Below, piece by piece: positions 19,894 to 28,277 of a stretch of DNA of 64,000 bases. Positions within the stretch are counted from its first letter, which is position 1. Each line of letters begins with the position of its first letter. Under the pieces are notes generated by a model that made no database searches, was not told the origin of the DNA, and saw only the letters and a list, made by a program, of their open reading frames with translations. Both the position numbers and the translations under genes were made by a program. The stretch is from positions 82,955 to 146,954 of the forward strand of contig CASEGJ010000005.1 of NCBI GenBank assembly GCA_949287425.1. Reading direction: 5' to 3'. This stretch comes from an uncultured Bacillales bacterium (lineage in GTDB: Bacteria; Bacillota_I; Bacilli_A; RFN20; CAG-288).

Positions 19894-20619
19894 TTATTCC
19901 TCCGATAAGCTATATTTATTAATTATCTTAGTAGTGATCTGTTTAGTTTTAACATCTATATATTTTACAACTAAAGAAATCTTGTTCTTTTCGTTTAATG
20001 AATTCCAAATTTTACTCGCTAATTCTTCAATATTTAAACTTGGTAAATCGATTAACTTAGGTTCACCATTAAAACTTAATAAGACGTTAGATTCACTAGG
20101 AATATTTGTAGCATAAGTATGGATAAAATAGCCGCAATTTGGATTAAATGTATAATTAAAAAAGAACCTTTGACAATTTAAACCGAGATTTTCTTCGGAT
20201 TTTAAAATAGACAATTTAAAATTCATTTTTTCAAAATCTATAATAGCAGAGATTCGCGGAGTAAAATTTGGAGAATCAGGTTCAAATTCTCTAGTTAATA
20301 AGCTTTCTTCAAAGCTTTTATTTTCTTGAAGAAAATTATAGATAGTGTCTGTTTGATCTCCATTAGTAACAATCAATTTATTGTCGTATTTTCTAACTGG
20401 ATAATAAATTATTAAACTAGGATCTTCTACTAATTTGGGATTTGCTGGTAAAATCTTGACATTTTCCCCATCTTCAACAAAAACTCTATTTTGAGAATTT
20501 TTGCTTCTTCCCATTATAAAATAGATTGAGCATATTGTATGTGAGTCAATTTGACCGACAATTATTCCTCTACCTGGATACAAACTGCCCTTTAATTCGT
20601 CAAATAAATCTAATTTCAT
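19894..20619 (-). CDS. purO: archaeal-type IMP cyclohydrolase (PurO-like)
   Basis: LYPGRGIIVGQ...YFIMGRSKNSQNR...PANPKL...IIYYPVRKYDNKLIVTNGDQTDTIY follows the M. jannaschii PurO pattern YLGRILAVGR...RVSSRSFPNR...VVSNGSHTDTIA (from memory); sits exactly where IMP cyclohydrolase activity is missing from the truncated purH. Confidence 0.55.
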   Translation of the reverse strand: MKLDLFDELKGSLYPGRGIIVGQIDSHTICSIYFIMGRSKNSQNRVFVEDGENVKILPANPKLVEDPSLIIYYPVRKYDNKLIVTNGDQTDTIYNFLQENKSFEESLLTREFEPDSPNFTPRISAIIDFEKMNFKLSILKSEENLGLNCQRFFFNYTFNPNCGYFIHTYATNIPSESNVLLSFNGEPKLIDLPSLNIEELASKIWNSLNEKNKISLVVKYIDVKTKQITTKIINKYSLSEE

Positions 20620-21665
20620 TATCTAACCTCAACTTTTTCTTTGTCAGATTTTTCAATTTGACCAATGCAATATGCTTTTTGATTGTTATTTTTCAAAATT
20701 TCTATGGTCTTTTCAACATCTTTTTTATCAACAGCTAAGACCATACCAACGCCCATATTGAAAGTGTTAAACATATCGTGAATAGAAATATTCCCGACTT
20801 TTTGAATGTATTTAAATATATCTAAAACCTCAATTTCATCTTTATATATTACGCCTTTTAAACCCTTTGGAATCGATCTAGCTAACTTTTCATAATAACC
20901 ACCACCAGTAATGTGAGAAATAGTGTGAACTTCAACTTCTTTTAACAATTCCAAAACAGGTTTAACGTAAATTTTAGTTGGTTCTAACAAAACTTCACCT
21001 AAAGATTTTCCACCTAATTCAGCAACTGGCTTTAAAAGTTCATCTTTAGATTTATTATCAATATCAAAGACTTTTCTAACTAATGAAAAACCGTTAGAAT
21101 GAACCCCTGAAGAAGCTAAGCCAATTAAGACATCGCCTTCTTTTAATTTGGAACCATCAATTATTTTATCTTTTTCAACAATACCGACACTAAAGCCAGC
21201 TAAATCATATTCGCCTTCTTTATAAAATCCTGGCATTTCGGCAGTTTCTCCACCAACTAAAGAAGCATAAGAATCGATGCAACCTTTTGAAACGCCCTTA
21301 ACTAAATTAGCGACAACTTCCGGTTGATTTTTACCACAAGCAATATAATCTAAAAATATGATTGGTCTAGCACCTAAACGCAAAATATCATTAACACACA
21401 TTGCTACACAATCAATTCCAACTGTGTCGTACTTTTCCAAAATAAACGCTAATTTGAGCTTAGTTCCTACTCCATCAGTACCGCTAACTAAGACAGGATG
21501 AGTATAATTTGATGGAAGTTCAAATAGTCCATAGCCACCTTTATCAATCTTAGCGCCATCAAGTAAAGTAGCTTGAACATACTTTTGCATTAATTCTACT
21601 GCTTTATAGCCTGAAGTTATATCAACTCCAGATTGTTCATATGCTTTTGAAGAGGAATTTTCCAT
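20619..21665 (-). CDS. purM: phosphoribosylformylglycinamidine cyclo-ligase (AIR synthetase)
   Basis: Start at MENSSSKAYEQSGVDITSGY with AAGGAG RBS (the ORF-track N-terminal 38 aa are an extension into purF); PurM/AIRS domains. Confidence 0.9.
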   Translation of the reverse strand: MENSSSKAYEQSGVDITSGYKAVELMQKYVQATLLDGAKIDKGGYGLFELPSNYTHPVLVSGTDGVGTKLKLAFILEKYDTVGIDCVAMCVNDILRLGARPIIFLDYIACGKNQPEVVANLVKGVSKGCIDSYASLVGGETAEMPGFYKEGEYDLAGFSVGIVEKDKIIDGSKLKEGDVLIGLASSGVHSNGFSLVRKVFDIDNKSKDELLKPVAELGGKSLGEVLLEPTKIYVKPVLELLKEVEVHTISHITGGGYYEKLARSIPKGLKGVIYKDEIEVLDIFKYIQKVGNISIHDMFNTFNMGVGMVLAVDKKDVEKTIEILKNNNQKAYCIGQIEKSDKEKVEVR

Positions 21666-21666
21666 A

Positions 21667-23139
21667 TTAATCTCCTTTATTGTTTCTTTGTGAATGTTTT
21701 TGTTTCCATTCATCAGATATTTTGTTTTCAAAGCGGTTTTTTGAAGCGTTTGATGGTATTTTAGTTGGATAAACTCCATCGAAACACGCCTTACAATATC
21801 CTTGATTGCATTTTCTAGGACAAACTATTTTTTCCAAAGCTTCTAAAGAAAGATAACCGAGTGAATCAACTCCAATTATCTTAGCTATTTCAGGAATTGT
21901 ATGGTGAAAAGCAATCAAATTTTCTTGAGAATCAACATCAGTTCCATAATAACATGGATAAATAAATGGCGGACAAGTTAAACGCATGTGAACTTCTTTA
22001 GCTCCAGCATCTCTAACTAACTTAACTAATCTAGCAGAAGTTGTTCCTCTTACTATAGAATCATCAACTAAAACAACTCTTTTTCCTTGAATAACTTCTT
22101 TAATAGGATTTAATTTAAGTTTGACCATTTGTTCTCTAAGTTTTTGATTACTTGCAATAAAAGTTCTACCTATATATTTATTTTTTAACAGTCCTATTTC
22201 ATAAGGTATTTTAGATTCTTTTGAATATCCTATAGCCGCATCTAATCCTGAATCAGGAACTCCAATTACAACATCAGCATCAACTTTATGCTCTTTAGCT
22301 AATAATTCACCAGCTTTAACGCGAGCTTGATGCACGCTTGCTCCTTCAATAATAGAATCAGAACGCGCAAAATAGATATATTCAAAAATACATAAAGAAG
22401 ACTTCTTGCTATTGCAATGTCTAGTATATGAATTAATAGTTCCATCGAAATTAAAGACTAAAATTTCGCCTGGTTCTACATCTCTAATTAACTTAGCACC
22501 TACGCAATCTAAAGAACAAGATTCAGAAGCTACAACATAACTTCCATCTTCCATTTGACCATAGCAAAGAGGTCTAAAACCATATGGATCACGGCAACAA
22601 ATCAATTTAGAAGGTGTCATCATTACTAAAGAATAAGCTCCGTCAATAACATCCATTGTTTTATCTAAAGCTTCTTCCATAGATTTAGAATTTATTCTTT
22701 CCCTAGTTAAAATGTATGATATAACTTCAGTATCAGTTGTAGTTTGGAAAATACATCCTTCCAATTCTAATTTGTTTCTCAATTCATATGAATTAACTAA
22801 ATTGCCATTATGACATAAAGCTAAATGACCTTTAGAATGATTTACAACCATAGGCTGAGCATTCATTCTATTAGTAACTCCAGAAGTCGAATATCTAACA
22901 TGGCCAATACAAATTGAGCCTTTACCTAGACTTGCTAATCTTTCACTAGTAAAAACATCGTTTAACAAACCTAAATCTTTATAATAGTGAAAAATACCTT
23001 CGTTATTTATTGCAATACCACAAGCTTCTTGACCGCGATGTTGTAAAGCAAATAAACCGCCGTAAGTTAGATTTGCTAAATCTTCTTCTTTTTGACTAAT
23101 AATTCCAAAAACACCACACTCTTCATTTATTTTAGCCAT
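21667..23139 (-). CDS. purF: amidophosphoribosyltransferase
   Basis: MAKINEECGVFGI (propeptide + Ntn Cys); PRTase motif VVLVDDSIVRGTT; C-terminal 4Fe-4S cysteines. Confidence 0.9.
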   Translation of the reverse strand: MAKINEECGVFGIISQKEEDLANLTYGGLFALQHRGQEACGIAINNEGIFHYYKDLGLLNDVFTSERLASLGKGSICIGHVRYSTSGVTNRMNAQPMVVNHSKGHLALCHNGNLVNSYELRNKLELEGCIFQTTTDTEVISYILTRERINSKSMEEALDKTMDVIDGAYSLVMMTPSKLICCRDPYGFRPLCYGQMEDGSYVVASESCSLDCVGAKLIRDVEPGEILVFNFDGTINSYTRHCNSKKSSLCIFEYIYFARSDSIIEGASVHQARVKAGELLAKEHKVDADVVIGVPDSGLDAAIGYSKESKIPYEIGLLKNKYIGRTFIASNQKLREQMVKLKLNPIKEVIQGKRVVLVDDSIVRGTTSARLVKLVRDAGAKEVHMRLTCPPFIYPCYYGTDVDSQENLIAFHHTIPEIAKIIGVDSLGYLSLEALEKIVCPRKCNQGYCKACFDGVYPTKIPSNASKNRFENKISDEWKQKHSQRNNKGD

Positions 23140-23143
23140 GAAG

Positions 23144-23863
23144 TTAGTTTTCTCCCATTAATCTTTTAATAACTTCATGATAAGCTTCTTCAACATTTCC
23201 TAAATCTCTTCTAAATCTATCTTTATCGAGCTTTTCATGAGTTGTCGAATCCCAAAAACGGCAAGTATCAGGAGAAATTTCATCAGCTAAGATGATTGTT
23301 CCATCATTTAACTTACCAAATTCTAATTTAAAATCGACTAAATCGATATTATCTTGTTTTAAGTACTCTCTTAAAATATCGTTAATTTTTAAAGCGTAAT
23401 TAGTAATAGTAGCTAAATCTTCTTTTGAACATAATCCTAAAGCGGCAATATGATAAGAATTAACTAAAGGATCACCTAATTCATCATCTTTATAGCAAAA
23501 TTCTAAAACTGTTGATTTTAAAATTTCACCTTCTTTTAAACCTAATCTTTTAGCTAAAGATCCAGCAGCAATATTTCTAACAATAACTTCAAGAGGAACA
23601 ATTTTACACGCTTTAACTATTGTTTCAGTGTGATTTAATTCTTCTACATAATCAGTAGGAATCCCTTTAGTTTCTAACATTTTCATTAAAAAGTTAGTAA
23701 CTCTATTGTTAATAGCCCCTTTACCGATAATAGTTCCTTTTTTAAGGCCGTTAAAAGCAGTAGCGTCATCTTTATACGAAACGATATAGTAGTTAGGATC
23801 TTCAGTTAAAAAGACCTTCTTAGCTTTACCTTCGTATTTTTGTTCTTTTTTAGTTAAATTCAT
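23144..23863 (-). CDS. purC: phosphoribosylaminoimidazole-succinocarboxamide (SAICAR) synthase
   Basis: Start [18 protein letters not shown] with GGAGG RBS 6 nt upstream; SAICAR synthetase family. Confidence 0.9.
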   Translation of the reverse strand: MNLTKKEQKYEGKAKKVFLTEDPNYYIVSYKDDATAFNGLKKGTIIGKGAINNRVTNFLMKMLETKGIPTDYVEELNHTETIVKACKIVPLEVIVRNIAAGSLAKRLGLKEGEILKSTVLEFCYKDDELGDPLVNSYHIAALGLCSKEDLATITNYALKINDILREYLKQDNIDLVDFKLEFGKLNDGTIILADEISPDTCRFWDSTTHEKLDKDRFRRDLGNVEEAYHEVIKRLMGEN

Positions 23864-23891
23864 AATATCCTCCATATTTTAACTTTTATTT

Positions 23892-24383
23892 TTAATTGTA
23901 TTTTTTAGAAACTAATTCATTTTTTTCCAAAACTTTATTTCTGTTATCAATTCTAAATTGTTGTAACTTTTCTAATAGTTTTGGTTCATTTAAAGCGAGA
24001 ATTTCAATTGCTAACAAACAAGCGTTACTCGCATTATCAATACCGACACAAGCAACTGGTACACCTTTTGGCATCATAACTGTCGATAATAAAGCGTCCA
24101 TACCTTCTAGGTGTTTACTTGAACAAGGGATACCGATAACTGGTAAAACAGTTGAACTAGCTATAACACCACCAAGATGGGCAGCCATTCCTGCCCCACA
24201 AACAATAACCCCAAAATCGTTTTCAATAGCTTTGTTAGCAAATTCTAAAGCTTCGTTAATGCATCTATGAGCTGAATAGACATGTACCTCAAAAGGAACT
24301 TCAAAATCTTTTAAGACTTGTATTCCTTTTTCCATAATAGGTAAATCAGAATCAGATCCCATAATAAGCGCTACTTTTTTCAT
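23892..24383 (-). CDS. purE: 5-(carboxyamino)imidazole ribonucleotide mutase / AIR carboxylase
   Basis: Start MKKVALIMGSDSDLPIM with GGAGGG RBS; PurE fold; no adjacent purK. Confidence 0.9.
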   Translation of the reverse strand: MKKVALIMGSDSDLPIMEKGIQVLKDFEVPFEVHVYSAHRCINEALEFANKAIENDFGVIVCGAGMAAHLGGVIASSTVLPVIGIPCSSKHLEGMDALLSTVMMPKGVPVACVGIDNASNACLLAIEILALNEPKLLEKLQQFRIDNRNKVLEKNELVSKKYN

Positions 24384-24656
24384 TCTTCCCTCCAAATCGT
24401 AAAAAATAAAAACAATAAAATGAAGTATTAATCCAACTTCACAAAGAACTAGTCAGCAATAAGGCTAATATCAATTTTTCTTGCAATAAATAATAACTTA
24501 GATCACTGATAGCTCTAACGATTACTATCTTACTTAAAATATAAAACACCATAAAAATTTATTCAATAGTTTGAAAATAAAAAAATTATTAAAGCGCTAT
24601 CAATTTGTTTTTTAAGTCAAAATATCTTTTTTACACAAATCTACTATTAAAAATTA

Positions 24657-24685
24657 TTGCTTAGTCTTTTGCTAGTTGTTAATAT
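24657..24685 (+). promoter_or_regulatory. candidate sigma-A promoter for purB (TTGCTT-N17-TAATAT)
   Basis: -35 at 24657-24662, -10 at 24680-24685, GAGGA RBS at ~24702, ATG at 24714. Confidence 0.35.
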
Positions 24686-24713
24686 TAAAAAGTAGAGAAA
24701 AAGAGGATATAAA

Positions 24714-26009
24714 ATGATTGAACGTTACGCTAGCAAACAACTTATCGACTTATTTAATGATGAATCGAGATTCAAAGCCTATTTAAAAACCGAAATTGAA
24801 TGCACTAAAGCTTGGGCTAAAATTGGTGTAGTTCCAATTAAAGATGCTGAACTAATTGAAAAAAACGCTAAAATTGATGTCGCTAAAATTATCGAATTAG
24901 AAAATATCACCCATCATGATATAGTAGCTTTTACTAGAGTCGTAGATACTTATTTAGGTGAAGAAAAAAAGTGGTTGCATTTTGGTTTAACTTCCACTGA
25001 CATCGTCGATACTTCTATGTCATATCTATATAAACAAGCCAATCAAATTATTGAGGATGAATTAGTTTTACTTATTCAAGCTGTTAAACAAAAAGCCATC
25101 CAATATAAAAACACCCCTTGTATAGCTAGAACTCATGGTATGCATGCTGAAGTAACTTCTTTTGGATTAAAATGGGCTTTATATTACGATGAACTTAATA
25201 GAGATTTCAAACGCTTTAAGCAAGCTAGAAAAGATTTAGAAGCCTGTAAAATATCTGGCTCAGTCGGTAATTTTGCTAACGTCCCACCTGAAGTTCAAGA
25301 TTATGTCGCTTCTAGTTTGGGCTTAACAAACACCAATATTTCAACTCAAGTTCTTCAACGCGACAGACATTCTTACTATGCTAGTGTAGTTGCAATAATC
25401 GGCTCAACTATAGAAAAAATATGCTGCGAAATTAGAAATCTATCTAGAACTGAAATCCACGAATTAGAAGAAGGTTTTTCTAAAGGTCAAAAAGGCTCTT
25501 CATCTATGCCTCAAAAAAGAAATCCTATCTCTAGTGAAAATTTAACAGGAGCTGCTAGAATGCTGCGCGGTTATCAAACAACCATTTTAGAAAATAACGC
25601 TTTATATCACGAAAGAGATATTTCCCATTCTTCAGTAGAAAGAGTTGTCTTAGTTGATTTAATTGAATTATTTGAATATATGGTTAGAAGAATGACAAGA
25701 GTCATCAATAATTTAACTATCTTCCCTGATAAGATGCTTGAAAACATTCAAATCACTAAGCAAGCCTTCTTTTCTCAAAGAATCATGTCCAATATCATTT
25801 TGAAAGGATATTCAAGAGAAGAAGCTTATGATTTTGTTCAACCATTAGCTATGAAAGCTGTTCTAGGTGGTCAAAACTTAGAATCTCAACTTAGACAAGA
25901 TCCAACAATTCAAAAAATATTTAATAGTGAAGAATTAGATAACTTATTTGATATTTCTTACTATTTAAAACATGTAGATGATATTTATAAGCGTGTAGGT
26001 TTAGAATAA
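24714..26009 (+). CDS. purB: adenylosuccinate lyase
   Basis: 431 aa; fumarate-lyase family signature GSSSMPQKRNP; N-terminus MIERYASKQL. Confidence 0.9.
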   Translation: MIERYASKQLIDLFNDESRFKAYLKTEIECTKAWAKIGVVPIKDAELIEKNAKIDVAKIIELENITHHDIVAFTRVVDTYLGEEKKWLHFGLTSTDIVDTSMSYLYKQANQIIEDELVLLIQAVKQKAIQYKNTPCIARTHGMHAEVTSFGLKWALYYDELNRDFKRFKQARKDLEACKISGSVGNFANVPPEVQDYVASSLGLTNTNISTQVLQRDRHSYYASVVAIIGSTIEKICCEIRNLSRTEIHELEEGFSKGQKGSSSMPQKRNPISSENLTGAARMLRGYQTTILENNALYHERDISHSSVERVVLVDLIELFEYMVRRMTRVINNLTIFPDKMLENIQITKQAFFSQRIMSNIILKGYSREEAYDFVQPLAMKAVLGGQNLESQLRQDPTIQKIFNSEELDNLFDISYYLKHVDDIYKRVGLE

Positions 26010-26034
26010 AATCAACTTACATCTAATTTAATAG

Positions 26035-26061
26035 ACTTGTTGTTAATAGCAACAAGTTTTT
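26035..26061 (+). terminator. intrinsic terminator after purB
   Basis: ACTTGTTG-ttaatag-CAACAAGT followed by TTTTTAC. Confidence 0.6.
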
Positions 26062-26080
26062 ACATGTTTTAAAACTAGTT

Positions 26081-26117
26081 AAAAAAATACCTCAATCCTA
26101 TACTTAGAATTGAGGTA
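26081..26117 (-). terminator. intrinsic terminator after degV (convergent with the purB terminator)
   Basis: Minus-strand hairpin TACCTCAAT-12 nt-ATTGAGGTA followed by TTTTTTT. Confidence 0.55.
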
Positions 26118-26134
26118 AATATCATAGTTATTCT

Positions 26135-27004
26135 TTATTCTTCTTTTGGTTTTCTTATATATAAAATTCCAATTGTCTTAGGCCCACAATGAGATGAAAT
26201 AACACAACCTGCAACAGTGTGAACGATATTTTCTTTTGGAACATATTTTAACAATTGTTCAATAGCATAATCGTTTTCACCATCCATATGTCCTGAATCA
26301 GTAACAAAAACTACAGATGTATCGATATTAGGATAATCTTCTTCAAACATTTTTAACTGATAATCGACCGATTTTCTATATTTACCACGAATTATTTTAT
26401 ATAAAGATAATTTATTGTTAGTAACCATAGCTACAGGGTGAATAGAAAAGATATTAGCCATAGCTTTAGTAAATCCTGAGCAACGTCCACCTTTATTTAA
26501 ATAATCAAGTTCATTGATACAAAACTTAGCAGAAACTAAAGGAACTAATTTTCTAACTTTACTAGCTATTGTATGAACATCATCTCCTTCATCGCGAAAC
26601 TTGCACATTTTTAAAACTAATAAACCTATTCCAGTAGATAGAGATTGAGAATCGACAACTTCAATTCTATCTTTACCTAATTCTTCACTAGCTAATAAAG
26701 CGTTTTGATAAGTAGAAGAAAGACCAGAACCTATACCGGTATAGATAATGTCGTATCCTTCATCGATATATGGTTTAAAAAAATTAATAAATTCACCGAC
26801 ATTAATCGCACTAGTTTTTGGAGTACAGCCTAATTGACTAACTTTTTTATACAATTCCTCACTTGTTAAATCAACACCATCTAAATAATCGATATTTTCA
26901 GCAGGAAAAATAACGTGAAGAGGAATGATTTTAATAGAATTATCTTCAATTTGTTTACTGGTTAAATCGCAGGTAGAATCAGATATTACAATGACTTTAT
27001 TCAT
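26135..27004 (-). CDS. DegV family fatty-acid-binding protein
   Basis: 289 aa, KVIVISDSTCDL N-terminus typical of the DegV/EDD fold family. Confidence 0.8.
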   Translation of the reverse strand: MNKVIVISDSTCDLTSKQIEDNSIKIIPLHVIFPAENIDYLDGVDLTSEELYKKVSQLGCTPKTSAINVGEFINFFKPYIDEGYDIIYTGIGSGLSSTYQNALLASEELGKDRIEVVDSQSLSTGIGLLVLKMCKFRDEGDDVHTIASKVRKLVPLVSAKFCINELDYLNKGGRCSGFTKAMANIFSIHPVAMVTNNKLSLYKIIRGKYRKSVDYQLKMFEEDYPNIDTSVVFVTDSGHMDGENDYAIEQLLKYVPKENIVHTVAGCVISSHCGPKTIGILYIRKPKEE

Positions 27005-27041
27005 AATTTGGCTCCTTAATAATATAATACAAATTATGTAC

Positions 27042-28277
27042 TTATTTTTCTATTTCATTTTCAAGATTTGACAACATTAATTTAATTCTATTTTCCTGAT
27101 TGACTTTACTTGCGCCTGGATCATAATCAATCGGAGCAATATTAATATCAGGATAGAGTTTTTTAATAGGTCTAACCATTCCTTTTCCAACTATGTGATT
27201 AGGTAAACAACCAAAAGGCTGAGCACAAACAATGTTTTTTATTCCTCTTTCAGCCATATTTACCATTTCAGAAGGAATTAACCACCCTTCTCCCATTTTG
27301 ACACCTTGATCGATAATTTTATGACAGGCGTTTTTTATTTCATCAAAATCTTCATATGAATCAAAATTGTTTTCTTGTAACATCCTGTTCATTTTCTTAT
27401 TTTGATAATTTAAATATTTATAACCTATTTTAGAAAAATGATGGATTAATTTATAGTGGCCGTAATATTTATAATCTATTTGATTATTCACTAGACAATA
27501 TAACAAAAACTCTAATAAAGATGGTACTACTGGTTCAGTATTTTCTTCAATCAAAAAATCGAGAAGATGATTGTTAGCTAACGAGGAATATTTGACAAAA
27601 ATTTCTCCGACAATTCCAACTTTAGGTTTTCTAACACTAGGTAATTTTACTTGTTTAAACTGATTGATAATATATTCATAATTAGATTTATGCCTATTAA
27701 ATTTACGATGATTTAACTGATCAATTAAATAATTTACACATTTATCCTGAATTTGATCAACTTGATTCAAATAAGCTTCATATGGTTTAGTTTGATTATA
27801 TAAAACCATAAGTAAATCGCCATAATACACACTAGATGCAAACTTTAACAAAAGAGGTAAACTCATTGGAAATGAGCGTTCTTTTTCTAAACCTGAAATA
27901 TTTAAAGAAATAACTGGAACTTGTGGAAAAGTCTTTTCCATTGCCTTTTTAATTAAAGGTAAATAGTTAGAAGCACGGCATCCTCCACCAGTTTGAGTAA
28001 TAATAACCGCCACTTTATTCAAATCATATTTTCCTGATTTTAATGCTGAAATAAATGAACCAGTAACTACTAAAGCAGGATAACATGCATCGTTATGAAT
28101 GTTTTTTAAACCTTCATCTTTTATTTCTCTACCTTCATCTAAAATGAGTTCAGCTTTATAACCAGCTTTAAGTAAAACTTCCCTAATCAATTTAAAGTGA
28201 GTAGGTAACATGTTAGGAAGTAAAATCGTATATCCTTCCTTTTTCAACTTCTTAAAAAACTTTTTTCTTTCGCTCAT
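27042..28277 (-). CDS. acyl-CoA dehydratase / CoA-enzyme-activase-associated protein (HgdB/DUF2229-like component)
   Basis: Sits immediately downstream of and overlapping the large activase ORF; start uncertain (MSERKKFF at 28277 or upstream); family assignment by context and gross similarity only. Confidence 0.45.
   Translation of the reverse strand: MSERKKFFKKLKKEGYTILLPNMLPTHFKLIREVLLKAGYKAELILDEGREIKDEGLKNIHNDACYPALVVTGSFISALKSGKYDLNKVAVIITQTGGGCRASNYLPLIKKAMEKTFPQVPVISLNISGLEKERSFPMSLPLLLKFASSVYYGDLLMVLYNQTKPYEAYLNQVDQIQDKCVNYLIDQLNHRKFNRHKSNYEYIINQFKQVKLPSVRKPKVGIVGEIFVKYSSLANNHLLDFLIEENTEPVVPSLLEFLLYCLVNNQIDYKYYGHYKLIHHFSKIGYKYLNYQNKKMNRMLQENNFDSYEDFDEIKNACHKIIDQGVKMGEGWLIPSEMVNMAERGIKNIVCAQPFGCLPNHIVGKGMVRPIKKLYPDINIAPIDYDPGASKVNQENRIKLMLSNLENEIEK

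Noticed and set aside
24384-24713. Possible purine / ZTP / PurBox regulatory RNA in the pur operon leader
   Set aside because: Read the leader on the minus strand. A UAAUCG and a GACUAG are present, but the GAUAUGG, UUUCUACC and CCGUAAAU blocks of the purine aptamer and the GGGUCGUGA...CCGCCUGGG blocks of ZTP are absent. Needs Infernal to be sure.
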